Shown here: in pieces, positions 28,831 through 39,196 of the stretch
How positions within the stretch are numbered: position 1 is the first letter of the stretch
How the letters are laid out: each line of letters begins with the position of its first letter
Notes under the pieces: model-generated
The model's input: only the letters and a program-made list of their open reading frames with translations
Database searches by the model: none
Told to the model about the DNA's origin: nothing
Origin: Nitrospirales bacterium
GTDB taxonomy: Bacteria; Nitrospirota; Nitrospiria; Nitrospirales; UBA8639
NCBI GenBank assembly: GCA_963422365.1
Contig: OY729426.1
Location: 1,856,001 to 1,920,000, forward strand
DNA length: 64,000 nt
Reading direction: 5' to 3'
Made by a program: the position numbers and the translations under genes

Positions 28831-29913
28831 TCAGTGCCGACTCGCTTGATAAAAAAGCGTCCACATTATGAGGAGTATGAGAATATTGGGGAGCCAGGCT
28901 CCGGCAAACGGATGAAGGAGCAAGGCCGTGACGAAAAACTCTCCCAAGACATTGAACAAATAATAGCCCACCATGATGAAAATTCCCAAGACGAATCCAC
29001 CCATGCGCCCAGCTCGTTTTGAGACAATACCGACCGGCATGCCTAAGATGCCGAGGATGAGCGTTGCCACGGGAAACCCGAGATCTTTGTAGTATTCCAT
29101 AAGGCGATGAAGCATCCTGGTGTCTCGCCAGCTGGATTGTTTTAATTTGGCCATGATGTGTTGATAGTTGGGTCGTTCCGGTTTTTTGACATTGAAAGAC
29201 GGGGACAGATCCATTTTGAGATCATATGTAGAAAACGTCACCTGATGATGTTGAGGGCTGTCCTTGGGAATGTGGTGAATTGTCCCCTCATACAACCGAA
29301 TGCCAGATTGTTTGTGTCGAGGATTTTTGAGCAGTTGGAAAGATTGAGCAGTGATCATGACCTCTTGGGTTCGATCACGGTGATCCAAGATAAAAATGCC
29401 CGTAGCTTGTTCTCCAGGTTCGGGCGTAGGAACGAAAATCACCATGCCGTCCATGGGTTCATTAAATACGCCTTGCTCCAAGGCCAGGTGTAATTGGTCT
29501 TGAATCAAGCTGACGGCTAATTTTTTCAGGGAGATTGGTGCCCAAGGTTGTCCCCATTGTGAAAGGTACAGCGTTCCTAAGAAAACAAAAAACGAAAAGA
29601 CAAAAACAGGAACTGCGATTCTGAGTAAACTCAGACCGGCTGCTTGCATGGCGACAAGTTCTTTGTCAAAGGACAATCGACTAAAGGTGGTGATCGAGGA
29701 GATTAGGCAGGCCATAGGAAGCGTCAGTACCAAAAAAGAGGGCATGAGATTGACGATAATTTCAAAAACAGACAGAAGCCCAACCCCTTTGGTCACCAAC
29801 AATTCAACCAACCGTAGCATCTCTTTGGTCAAGACGAGAAAACAAAGGATGCAGAGGCTGATGGAAAAGGGAATGAGGAGCTCTTTAAATATGTAGCGAT
29901 CGAGAATCGTCAT
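28831..29913 (-). CDS. lptF: LPS export ABC permease
   Basis: ILDRYIFKE, RLSFDKELVAMQAAGLS, WLPNI. Confidence 0.9.
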   Translation of the reverse strand: MTILDRYIFKELLIPFSISLCILCFLVLTKEMLRLVELLVTKGVGLLSVFEIIVNLMPSFLVLTLPMACLISSITTFSRLSFDKELVAMQAAGLSLLRIAVPVFVFSFFVFLGTLYLSQWGQPWAPISLKKLAVSLIQDQLHLALEQGVFNEPMDGMVIFVPTPEPGEQATGIFILDHRDRTQEVMITAQSFQLLKNPRHKQSGIRLYEGTIHHIPKDSPQHHQVTFSTYDLKMDLSPSFNVKKPERPNYQHIMAKLKQSSWRDTRMLHRLMEYYKDLGFPVATLILGILGMPVGIVSKRAGRMGGFVLGIFIMVGYYLFNVLGEFFVTALLLHPFAGAWLPNILILLIMWTLFYQASRH

Positions 29914-30163
29914 AGTGGAAAAGCCCGGACAACAAAAAAATCCATGAAGAATCGTGGGATCATATAACAGGGCCCGGGGGCTGTAAATGGATAAAATGGT
30001 GAAAAAAGCGGTCGCGGGTATGTGTCGAGAAATGAGTGGAAGTTTTGGACAACGCCATCGCTATCGGGAGCCTGTCTATTCATACACTAGACAAGTGTGA
30101 AACCTCTTTGTTTAATCAATAGAGTATGTTTTAATTGTGCGCGACTTCATTGAGGGAAAGAAA

Positions 30164-30712
30164 ATGACCGCGAACACTCGAGCAAGACGAACGCCTACAC
30201 GTGTTCGTCCATTGGCCCAAATACTCAAAAAAATTCGGCTTGTCGCGACCGATGTTGATGGGGTCTTGACCGATGGCGGGCTCTATTATTCAGACTCAGG
30301 TGAGCAAACCAAAAAGTTTAACGTTTGGGATGGTCTTGGGGTGACATTGTTACAAGAAGCTGGACTTGTGACGGCTATCATCACCATAGACCAAACGCAG
30401 TTGGTAACTTTTCGGGCAGCGAAACTCGGGATTTCCGAAATTCACCAAGGCGTGAAGGACAAGCTGATGGTGTTGAAGGAACTATCAGCGAAATATGGAA
30501 TTCCGCTTGAGGAAATTGCGTACGTGGGGGACGATCTGACTGATTTGCCTGCTCTCCTAGCGGTTGGGTTTTCCGCCACGCCTGCGAATGGACGCAGTTC
30601 TGTTCCGAAAAACGTGCGGTATGTGTGCAAAGCCAAAGGGGGCGAGGGAGCGGTCAGGGAAATAGCCGATCTGATTTTGGCTGCTCAAGGCGTAAAATCA
30701 GACAAGGGCTAA
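30164..30712 (+). CDS. kdsC: KDO-8-phosphate phosphatase (HAD)
   Basis: DVDGVLTDG, YVGDDLTD, GGEGAVRE. Confidence 0.93.
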   Translation: MTANTRARRTPTRVRPLAQILKKIRLVATDVDGVLTDGGLYYSDSGEQTKKFNVWDGLGVTLLQEAGLVTAIITIDQTQLVTFRAAKLGISEIHQGVKDKLMVLKELSAKYGIPLEEIAYVGDDLTDLPALLAVGFSATPANGRSSVPKNVRYVCKAKGGEGAVREIADLILAAQGVKSDKG

Positions 30713-30848
30713 CTTGCTCATTTGTGCGAGAATCGTTAGCCCTGTCACAAAGCACCCATCTGGCATGGCACCACACGAGACAGAGTCAGCTTTTGATCGT
30801 GAAGGAGAAGACACTCATCGAATGACTCGTTTTTCATATGAGGCACAC

Positions 30849-32291
30849 ATGAAGCCCTCACACCTGTATGCGGTTATTCTTGCCGGGGGTAGTGGCACTC
30901 GATTTTGGCCCGCCAGTCGCGAACGATTTCCCAAGCAACTTCTTCAGATCGTTGGAGAAGGGACCCTTATTCAACAAACGGTTCGACGTGTGTTGAAAGC
31001 CGTGTCGGCCCAAAACATTTGTGTCGTGACGAACGCGTTCCAAGCCGAAATAATCAAACTGCAGTTATCAAATTGGAAAGATGAGTTAGCCGATAATTTT
31101 GTGCTCGAGCCGGAAAGTCGGAATACCGCTCCGGCTATTGGCTTGGCAGCCCTTCGGCTATTGCGTCGCGATCCGGATGCGACGATGTTGGTGCTGCCGG
31201 CTGACCATGTCATCAAAGGTGACAAGAAATTCAAACAAGCAGTTTTCTTCGGGTATCAACTGGCGCAACAAGGTGCCTTAGTGACGTTTGGAGTCCAACC
31301 CACTAGACCGGAAACGGGCTATGGCTATCTTCAGCCCAATAAGCGATCCTGTTTGGGAACGTTCGGTTTGCTCTCAGGCTATAAGGTCAGGCGTTTTGTG
31401 GAGAAGCCTGATCTGAGAAAAGCCCAGCAATTTTTAGAGGCCGGTCGTTATTTGTGGAACAGCGGAATATTTGTGTGGCGTGCCGATACACTTGTCGAAG
31501 AATTTGCGTGTCATCAGCCTACGCTGTTGAAAGGACTTCAGACGATAGAGAAAATGGTCGAAGCAGGCCAGTTGGGAGAGCAACGTGCCAATCGTTGGAA
31601 ACGGCTGAAGTCTGTCTCAATCGATCATGGATTGATGGAGCGGTCGACTCGGGCTGCGGTGATCCCTGTTGAGTTTTCTTGGTTGGATGTTGGGAGTTGG
31701 AGCAGTCTGGAAAAAATTATGCCTCGGGATAAGCGGGGCAACGTGAGGACCGGGAATGTGGTCGATATTGATAGCGAAAATTCTGTGTTTTTCGCGACAA
31801 AGCGGCTTATTGGATCTATTGGGCTTTCCAATATGGTGGTGGTTGATACGCCTGACGCCACACTGGTGTGCCAAAAATCACGCGCCCAAGAAGTTAAAGT
31901 TTTAGCTGAGATTTTACGGAAGCGCAGGTCCCCAGAGCACTTGGAGCATGTAGCGGTCTATCGTCCTTGGGGTTCATACACTGTCCTCGAAGAAGGGAGA
32001 GGATACAAGGTCAAACGTATTAGCGTGTTGCCCTGTCGACGGTTGTCTCTCCAAATGCATCACCAGCGGAATGAGCATTGGGTCGTGATTGCCGGGACGG
32101 GTCGTGTGACCTGTGGAAATAAGGTGTTCGATTTAAACCCAGGGGAGAGTGCAGGCATTCCCAAACAAACCAAACACCGATTGGAAAATCCCGGCAAGGT
32201 CCCACTTGAAATTATTGAAGTCCAACATGGCCCCTGTGTAAAAGAAGACGATATTGTTCGGTATCACGATGATTATGGCCGTGGTACGTAG
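30849..32291 (+). CDS. manC: Mannose-1-phosphate guanylyltransferase / mannose-6-phosphate isomerase
   Basis: ILAGGSGTRFWP, RNTAPA, WNSG, C-terminal cupin RPWG..SLQMH..EHW. Confidence 0.96.
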   Translation: MKPSHLYAVILAGGSGTRFWPASRERFPKQLLQIVGEGTLIQQTVRRVLKAVSAQNICVVTNAFQAEIIKLQLSNWKDELADNFVLEPESRNTAPAIGLAALRLLRRDPDATMLVLPADHVIKGDKKFKQAVFFGYQLAQQGALVTFGVQPTRPETGYGYLQPNKRSCLGTFGLLSGYKVRRFVEKPDLRKAQQFLEAGRYLWNSGIFVWRADTLVEEFACHQPTLLKGLQTIEKMVEAGQLGEQRANRWKRLKSVSIDHGLMERSTRAAVIPVEFSWLDVGSWSSLEKIMPRDKRGNVRTGNVVDIDSENSVFFATKRLIGSIGLSNMVVVDTPDATLVCQKSRAQEVKVLAEILRKRRSPEHLEHVAVYRPWGSYTVLEEGRGYKVKRISVLPCRRLSLQMHHQRNEHWVVIAGTGRVTCGNKVFDLNPGESAGIPKQTKHRLENPGKVPLEIIEVQHGPCVKEDDIVRYHDDYGRGT

Positions 32292-32324
32292 TATCCCATT
32301 TTCTTTCTCCCCAAGGACTCGTCG

Positions 32325-33722
32325 GTGAGCATTTTTCGAGAATATGACATTCGTGGAGTTGTTGGAAAAGATTTGACGTTTGAAATGGCTCAGTCCATTG
32401 GCCGTGCCTATGGGACCATGGCTCGACACCGTGGATGTCGAACGGTGGCCCTTGGACGAGATGGGCGACTGACCTCGCCGGATCTTCGGGACCGATTCCT
32501 TGCCGGCATCACTGCCACAGGGATGAACGTCGTAGATATTGGGGTTTGTCCGACGCCTTTACTCTATTTTGCATTACATGAGTTGCCCATTGACGGTGGC
32601 GTGATGATCACTGGAAGCCATAATGCAGCCGAGTACAACGGCTTTAAAATGTGTATAGAGAAAGTGGCGCTCTATGGTGAGGAAATTCAGGAACTCGACC
32701 GTCTGATCGATACCGAAGCCTATGCGTCCGGATCGGGAACCGTTTCCACGGCATTGGTGATCCCTTCTTACTTGCGTTATCTGAAAGAACACTTTGCCAG
32801 TGTCGACGGAAAGGAAGTGCATGTCGTACTCGATTGTGGAAACGGCGCCGCGAGCTTGGTGGCGAGAGATGCCTTAGAGCAATTAGGCTGTCGTGTCACT
32901 GGGTTATATGATGACCTCGATGGCCGTTTCCCTAACCATCATCCCGATCCTACCGTTGTCGAGAATCTCCAAGATCTGATGCAAGCAGTGAAGGTCAATC
33001 GAGCAGATGTTGGGATTGCCTATGATGGTGACGCGGACCGTATCGGTGCAATTGATGAAAAGGGAAATACTCTATGGGGCGATCATCTTCTCTTGATTTT
33101 TGCGCGGGACGTCTTAAAGAACAGACCCGGGAGCACGGTGATTTCCGAAGTCAAAGCTTCCCAATGTCTTTACGACGATATTCGAGGGCGAGGGGGGAAC
33201 GGCGTCATGTGGAAGACAGGCCATTCTCTGCTGAAAGCCAAGATGAAGGAAGAACATGCCGTCTTGGCCGGGGAAATGTCTGGGCATATGTTTTTTGCCG
33301 ATCGCTATTTTGGTTATGATGATGCCATTTATGCCTCGTGCCGGCTAGTTGAAATTTTGTTAAAAGCACAAGCGCCGCTCTCTTCTCTTCTGGCTGATTT
33401 GCCTCCTACTCAGGTTACCCCTGAAATTCGCGTTGAGTGTTTGGATGACATGAAATTCCGATTGGTCGAGGCGGTACGCAATCGAGTTGTTGAATTCGCG
33501 AAGCAGCCAAACTCGAAGGACCCAAACTTTGCGATTCGTGAGGTTGTCACGATCGATGGAGTGCGTGTTTGTTTTGATGATGGCTGGGGACTCATTCGTG
33601 CGTCCAATACAGAACCCGCATTGGTCCTTCGATTTGAGGCAACCTCGGCAGAACGGTTGCAAGCCCTTCGTATCTATTTGGAAGGGGAACTGGAAGTCTG
33701 CCGTCAAGCCGTTGCAGGCTGA
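32325..33722 (+). CDS. algC: Phosphomannomutase/phosphoglucomutase
   Basis: FREYDIRG, TGSHN, DGDADR, GEMSGH, RASNTEP. Confidence 0.95.
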   Translation: MSIFREYDIRGVVGKDLTFEMAQSIGRAYGTMARHRGCRTVALGRDGRLTSPDLRDRFLAGITATGMNVVDIGVCPTPLLYFALHELPIDGGVMITGSHNAAEYNGFKMCIEKVALYGEEIQELDRLIDTEAYASGSGTVSTALVIPSYLRYLKEHFASVDGKEVHVVLDCGNGAASLVARDALEQLGCRVTGLYDDLDGRFPNHHPDPTVVENLQDLMQAVKVNRADVGIAYDGDADRIGAIDEKGNTLWGDHLLLIFARDVLKNRPGSTVISEVKASQCLYDDIRGRGGNGVMWKTGHSLLKAKMKEEHAVLAGEMSGHMFFADRYFGYDDAIYASCRLVEILLKAQAPLSSLLADLPPTQVTPEIRVECLDDMKFRLVEAVRNRVVEFAKQPNSKDPNFAIREVVTIDGVRVCFDDGWGLIRASNTEPALVLRFEATSAERLQALRIYLEGELEVCRQAVAG

Positions 33723-33854
33723 CATTCTGCAAAACAACGGGGGTATTCTCAGCCCCTAATTGTTACTCCCATTCAAGGCCATTGTTGTCCTGTCCGATGT
33801 TCGTCAGCCCAGCCTTCATGTTTTTAGGAAGGGGGTGGTGTATCATTCGAGTGT

Positions 33855-34625
33855 ATGCGCGAGGTGTTTGTTCAATTCAAGACATCCGTGATGAGCGTGA
33901 GCGGCCTTAGAATCCTCTTGGGCTTCTTGGGCGGGTTGGTTCTTGTATCTTCCGTTCTTGCTGCCCCGGCAAAAGAGAATTACCGTTACTCCATTTCCTT
34001 GTGGGGTATTCCCGCCGGGTATGCAACCATGAAAGTTGAAAAACTGATTCTGGAAGATGGGCATCCTTCTCATCGTTTAGTGACCACTGTTCGATCCAAT
34101 GATTTTATTTCTCGCTTTTTTCCCATAAGGAATCATGTGGAGTCGCTGATTGATTCTCAGACCATGCTCCCGCGACGGTGGTTCTTTCAACGTCGAGAGG
34201 GCAGTCGCCATGAACGGTTTGATGTGACCTTCGATCACGTGACCAATCAGGTGACAGTATCGAAAGACGGCACCCCTTCGGTCCATTCCATTGTTCCAAG
34301 CACGCACGATCCTTTATCATGTCTTTATTTTTTGCGTACGCTGCCGAATCTTGAGCCTGGCTCTTCAGTGTATTTGCCTATTCATCACGACCGGAAGAAT
34401 TATAAGGTCGAGGTCAAGGTAGAAGCCGTGGAATCGATCAGTGGCCCCTGGGGCAAGGTCGACGCGATTCGCCTGTTAGCGATCATGCCGTTTCGCGGGA
34501 TTTTTTTGAATGAGGGCAACATCAGGTTTTGGCTGACCAATACGAAAGAGCGAATTCCTGTTATGATGGAAGCTCGTGTGATTGTCGGGTTGGTCAGAGC
34601 GTTGATTGATGGATGGGCCCCGTAA
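33855..34625 (+). CDS. DUF3108-like exported protein
   Basis: Signal peptide; ENYRYSISLWGIPAG, HDPLSCLYFLR, RFWLT..RIPV. Confidence 0.75.
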   Translation: MREVFVQFKTSVMSVSGLRILLGFLGGLVLVSSVLAAPAKENYRYSISLWGIPAGYATMKVEKLILEDGHPSHRLVTTVRSNDFISRFFPIRNHVESLIDSQTMLPRRWFFQRREGSRHERFDVTFDHVTNQVTVSKDGTPSVHSIVPSTHDPLSCLYFLRTLPNLEPGSSVYLPIHHDRKNYKVEVKVEAVESISGPWGKVDAIRLLAIMPFRGIFLNEGNIRFWLTNTKERIPVMMEARVIVGLVRALIDGWAP

Positions 34626-34694
34626 CCGAAATCATTCTCGACTTTTTTGACAAAGATCCTATAATGAGTCTCAATCGGCCCTCAGAATCCCGTT

Positions 34695-35666
34695 ATGGTT
34701 TCCTTGACTCACCATATTCTTGAACAGCAACAGTTATGGCCTGACGGTGCAGAAGAATTTTCCACCATCATGAACCACATTGTGTTGGGTGGGAAAATGA
34801 TTGGCTGGGATTTAAGTGAAGCGGGACTCACGGATAGTCTCGGAACGACGAAGATGATGAATGTCCATGGCGAGCACGTACAAAAAATGGATGCACGAGC
34901 CAATCAAATTTTTGTAGACGTCTTTGAAGATAGTGAGATTGTGCGGATCGTGGTTTCTGAAGAAATGGATGAGCCGGTTACCGTGGCCCGTGCTGAAAGG
35001 TCAGGAAAATATGCCGTGTTTTTCGATCCTTTGGACGGCTCCTCGAATATAGACGTCAATGCCCCTCTTGGTTCGATTTTTTCCATCCATAGATTGGACT
35101 CCGCTGGAAATTTTCTGAAGGTCGGGCGTGAACAAGTGGCCAGTGGGTATCTTTTGTATGGAGCCAGTACGATTCTTGTGTATACACGGGGAGAGGGAGC
35201 GCATCAATTTACTCTTGATCCTGCGGTTGGTGAGTTTTTCTTGTCCGTCTCAAACATTCAAATTCCGGCCCGAGGTAAAATTTGCAGTGTTAATGAAGGA
35301 AATAGATCTAAGTGGTCTGAAAATATGGTAAAAATTATCGACTATTTTCAAGATGACGATCAAGAAACCGGGCGGCCTTATTCCTCCCGGTATACAGGGT
35401 GTCTCGTGGCCGATGTCCATCGGATTCTTTTGAAGGGCGGGCTCTATCTGTATCCCGGTGAAGTGAAGAAGCCTGAAGGAAAACTTCGTTTGATGTATGA
35501 GGCCGCCCCCTTAAGTTTCATAGTGGAGCAGGCCGGAGGGCTTGGCAGTACAGGCGTGGAACGGATTTCCGCCATTCACCCCAAGGCACCCCATCAGCGT
35601 GTTCCGCTTGTCATCGGCAGTCGTGAAGATGTTGAAATCGTCGAACAAGTTCTGAGTCGAGAGTAG
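34695..35666 (+). CDS. fbp: Class 1 fructose-1,6-bisphosphatase
   Basis: SEE, FDPLDGSSNID, GKLRLMYEAAP. Confidence 0.97.
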   Translation: MVSLTHHILEQQQLWPDGAEEFSTIMNHIVLGGKMIGWDLSEAGLTDSLGTTKMMNVHGEHVQKMDARANQIFVDVFEDSEIVRIVVSEEMDEPVTVARAERSGKYAVFFDPLDGSSNIDVNAPLGSIFSIHRLDSAGNFLKVGREQVASGYLLYGASTILVYTRGEGAHQFTLDPAVGEFFLSVSNIQIPARGKICSVNEGNRSKWSENMVKIIDYFQDDDQETGRPYSSRYTGCLVADVHRILLKGGLYLYPGEVKKPEGKLRLMYEAAPLSFIVEQAGGLGSTGVERISAIHPKAPHQRVPLVIGSREDVEIVEQVLSRE

Positions 35667-35758
35667 CACCGGTTTGAAGAGTTTAGGCAGGCACTGCCTG
35701 GAATAAGAGTATCGTTCGTTCCGTATGCCCAGGCACACACCACTCAAAAGGAGACTGC

Positions 35759-36797
35759 ATGGCTCTGCGAGCCGGTTTTTCTGTCATAAGCATTCTGCTC
35801 GGGCTTACGATGGGATACCTCACGGGAGACGGGGAGATGCTCTATGCGGCAGTTGGCGCAGTTTTCGCGGGATTGCTCAGTGGAGCGCTGGTGTTTGTCG
35901 AGATCTTCTTCATGGAACATCTTCCCGCCCGCACCCTTGTGTCTGGCGGTGTGGGTTTCAGTCTGGGGATGCTCCTTTCGGGAATGTTTATCGTATTAAC
36001 GAGTATTGATCTGACATTCCTAGGATCATCTCCGATAATCCCAATTGGTCATGATGTTGGCCGTACTGCTCATTTTCCCGTATCTTGGCCTCATTTTGGG
36101 CGTTCGGTACGGCAAGGAGTACGGCAGGGATGACAAGGTCGCCGGTTTGGAGCCGACGGGACAATTTCTCACGCCAAAATTACTGGATACCAGCGTGATT
36201 ATTGATGGCCGTATTGCCGACCTTTGTGAAACCGGGTTTATGGAGGGGGAATTCATCATCCCTCAATTTATTTTACAAGAGCTACAACATATTTCCGATT
36301 CGGCCGATACGTTAAAGCGCGCGCGAGGTCGTCGGGGACTCGATATTCTCAATCATATTCAAAAAAACAATGATGTCGTGGTGCAGATTGTTGAAAACGA
36401 TTTTCCCAACATCAAGGAAGTTGATGCCAAATTAGTGGAATTAGGCAAGAAACTGGGCGCCAAAATTTTGACCAATGATTTGAATCTGAATAAAGTTGCA
36501 GGGCTTCAGGGTGTGCAGGTGTTAAATATTAATGAACTGACGAATGCTCTCAGACCGGTTGTCCTTCCTGGTGAAACGATGCGGGTCTTTGTGTTGAAAG
36601 AAGGAAAAGAAGCCGGGCAAGGTGTAGCGTATTTAGATGACGGGACGATGGTTGTCGTCGATAATGCCAAACGCTGTATAGGCAAAAATGTGGATGTGGT
36701 GGTGACCAGTATATTACAGACGAGTGCCGGCAGGATGATCTTTACCCGTCTGCGGGAAGAAACTGATCGGGATGTGTTGAGTTTTGCACGTGGATGA
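35759..36797 (+). pseudogene. YacL-like PIN/TRAM membrane protein split by a +1 frameshift near 36043
   Basis: TM part 35759-~36043; PIN (LLDTSVIIDGR, TNDLNL) and TRAM (GVAYLDDGTMVVV) in the +1 frame; removing one A in CCAATTG fuses them; could be a sequencing error. Confidence 0.75.
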
Positions 36798-37524
36798 GTG
36801 GGTTGTCGCGATTGTCCCAGCCGGAGGGCGTGGGACTCGAATGAGGAACGAGGTTCCCAAACAGTTTCTTCAATTAGGTGAAGTTCCGCTTCTCGTCCAT
36901 GCCCTTTGGGTTCTTGAGGCAAGCAAGACGATTTGTGAAATCGTTGTCGTCGTTCCCCATGATGCGGTGAGGTATTGTCAAAAAGATCTCTTGCCGCAAT
37001 TTGCCTTTTCCAAAGTCAGCAACGTCATCAGTGGTGGAGCACAGCGACAAGATTCAGTTTGGAATGGGTTACAAGTGGTCGATGTGCGCACCGAGATCGC
37101 GTTGGTCCATGATGCCGTGCGGCCGTTTGTGACGGACACCATGGTGCAACAAGTGGTTGATGGTGCCAGGACGCATGGTGCGGCTATCGTGGCGATTCCT
37201 CTCCGTGATACGGTTAAGCAGGCAACTCCGGACGGGATGATCGAAGCAACCCTTGATCGGCAACGGCTCTGGTTGGCCCAGACGCCGCAAGCCTTCAGAA
37301 TCGAGTTGCTACAGGAAGCGCACCAGTTGGGTCGACAGGCCGGCGTGGAGGCAACGGATGACGCATTTTTAGTCGAGCGAGTCGGTCATCGGGTCTTCAT
37401 CGTTAATGGAAGGACAGACAACATGAAAGTGACTTGCCAGGAAGACCTGATTATGGGAGAAGCCATTTTAGCTGCCCAGAGCAATAATCCTTTCTCCGAT
37501 GAAAGATGTCGGGGACAGGCTTAA
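36784..37524 (+). CDS. ispD: 2-C-methyl-D-erythritol 4-phosphate cytidylyltransferase
   Basis: PAGGRGTRM..PKQF, RQDSV, HDAVRP, QTPQAF, TDDA. Confidence 0.96.
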   Translation: MHVDEWVVAIVPAGGRGTRMRNEVPKQFLQLGEVPLLVHALWVLEASKTICEIVVVVPHDAVRYCQKDLLPQFAFSKVSNVISGGAQRQDSVWNGLQVVDVRTEIALVHDAVRPFVTDTMVQQVVDGARTHGAAIVAIPLRDTVKQATPDGMIEATLDRQRLWLAQTPQAFRIELLQEAHQLGRQAGVEATDDAFLVERVGHRVFIVNGRTDNMKVTCQEDLIMGEAILAAQSNNPFSDERCRGQA

Positions 37525-37603
37525 GTTTCATTCTTTTCACTTGTTGGTTTTTTTGTATCCTTATTTGGTCTGCTGGGTCAGAGCAAAAAGGTTAATCCAG
37601 CGT

Positions 37604-38101
37604 ATGCGTGTTGGAATTGGCTACGATATTCATCAACTGAACAAAGGAAGACCGCTCATTCTAGGCGGGGTTTCTATTCCGCATACTCATGGGTTGGATG
37701 GCCATTCCGATGCGGATGCGCTCACGCATGCCATTTGTGACGCACTGTTGGGAGCCATGGGAGAAGGGGACTTAGGCCGATATTACCCTAGCAGTAACCT
37801 ACAATTTACCAACATGAAGAGTGTAGACATGCTGAAAGACATTTACGCCAAACTTACGGAGCGGGGGTTTCATCTTCTCAGTCTTGATACGGTGGTCGTG
37901 GCACAGGCTCCTCGGTTAGGAAGCTATTTGGCTGAGATGAGTAAGCAACTGGCCGAGGTCTTACACGTTGAGCCATCGCTCGTGAACGTGAAAGTCAAAA
38001 GCCATGATCATCTCGGGACGATTGGAAGAAAAGAAGGGATTGCCGCCCAAGCCGTCTGTCTTATTGCACCCAATTCGTCAGATGAGAAAACGGTCGTTTG
38101 A
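37604..38101 (+). CDS. ispF: 2-C-methyl-D-erythritol 2,4-cyclodiphosphate synthase
   Basis: MRVGIGYDIH, GHSDADALTHA. Confidence 0.96.
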   Translation: MRVGIGYDIHQLNKGRPLILGGVSIPHTHGLDGHSDADALTHAICDALLGAMGEGDLGRYYPSSNLQFTNMKSVDMLKDIYAKLTERGFHLLSLDTVVVAQAPRLGSYLAEMSKQLAEVLHVEPSLVNVKVKSHDHLGTIGRKEGIAAQAVCLIAPNSSDEKTVV

Positions 38102-38123
38102 TTAAAGGATTCCCCGATTAACA

Positions 38124-38786
38124 ATGTCGAGGACAGGGTTTAGTATGATCAGGGAAGATCTTCGAGCCGTTTTTGATCGCGACCCCGCTGCCAGGACCTT
38201 GATTGAAATTTTGTTGACCTATTCAGGGTTTCAGGCATTGCTGGCGCATCGGTTGGCTCACCGGTTGTGGAAGATGAGGCTTCGATTATTAGGCCGAATG
38301 ATTTCGCAAGTCGCTCGTTGGGTCACCGGTGTCGAAATTCATCCCGGCGCTTCAATCGGACATGGGTTTTTCATTGATCATGGCATGGGCGTGGTGATTG
38401 GAGAAACCGCAGAAATCGGTGATTCTGTCACGTTGTTTCAAGGGGTGACGTTGGGTGGAACAGGGAAAGAAAAAGGGAAGCGACATCCAACGTTGGGAAA
38501 TCATGTGGTTGTGGGTTCAGGTGCCAAAGTTTTGGGAAATATTCGAGTCGGGGATTCAGTCAAAATTGGAGCCAATTCGGTGGTCTTGCGATCGGTACCT
38601 TCCAATTCTACGGTCATCGGCATCCCTGGCCGAGTCATCAAGTCGGTCGGAGTTCGGGTACCAGAAGACTCGATGGATCATGCAAATATTCCTGACCCGA
38701 TCGCAGAACGTTTTGAGGCCATGGAGCGAGAACTCATTGATCTGCGCAAAAAATTAGAAAACATGGAAGATGGATCATGCCAATAG
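38124..38786 (+). CDS. cysE: Serine O-acetyltransferase
   Basis: [30 protein letters not shown]. Confidence 0.97.
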   Translation: MSRTGFSMIREDLRAVFDRDPAARTLIEILLTYSGFQALLAHRLAHRLWKMRLRLLGRMISQVARWVTGVEIHPGASIGHGFFIDHGMGVVIGETAEIGDSVTLFQGVTLGGTGKEKGKRHPTLGNHVVVGSGAKVLGNIRVGDSVKIGANSVVLRSVPSNSTVIGIPGRVIKSVGVRVPEDSMDHANIPDPIAERFEAMERELIDLRKKLENMEDGSCQ

Positions 38787-38853
38787 ACGCGGGCAGATAC
38801 AAGAGATTGAATCAAGCCCGAGTCGACCATGGACTAGAGGCTATCGTATAAGT

Positions 38854-39100
38854 GTCATTCCCGTGAAAATGGGAATCTGGTTGTCACGCAACTTTGTATT
38901 CATGGTTAAGCGGCGACATCTCATGGCGCCTTTTTCTAGGACGTATAAGGTATGTCCTAGGCCATGACCCGGGATGTGGCTACGTAGGCAATGGCGTGAT
39001 AGGCAGGCCTACGGATACCTCTACGTCCCCTTCCCCCTCCTTATAAAGGAAGGGGATTGAGGAGAAAAAACGGCGGCATAAGATGCCGCTACATATTCCG
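38854..39100. repeat. Intergenic mosaic of REP-like palindromes
   Basis: GTCATTCCCGTGAAAATGGGAATC (38854), 56-bp unit 38925-38980 shared with 53810-53864, CCCCTCCTT-ATA-AAGGAAGGGG hairpin (~39033-39056), GCGGCAT-AAG-ATGCCGC (~39074-39089). Confidence 0.6.
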
Positions 39101-39196
39101 GGGAGAGGGGTGTTGTGGGACGGGAATTGTCAACGAATGAGTGGACACATACAGGAATGCCGCTCAATTTTCGAATCAGCACAGGAGGAATTGCTT

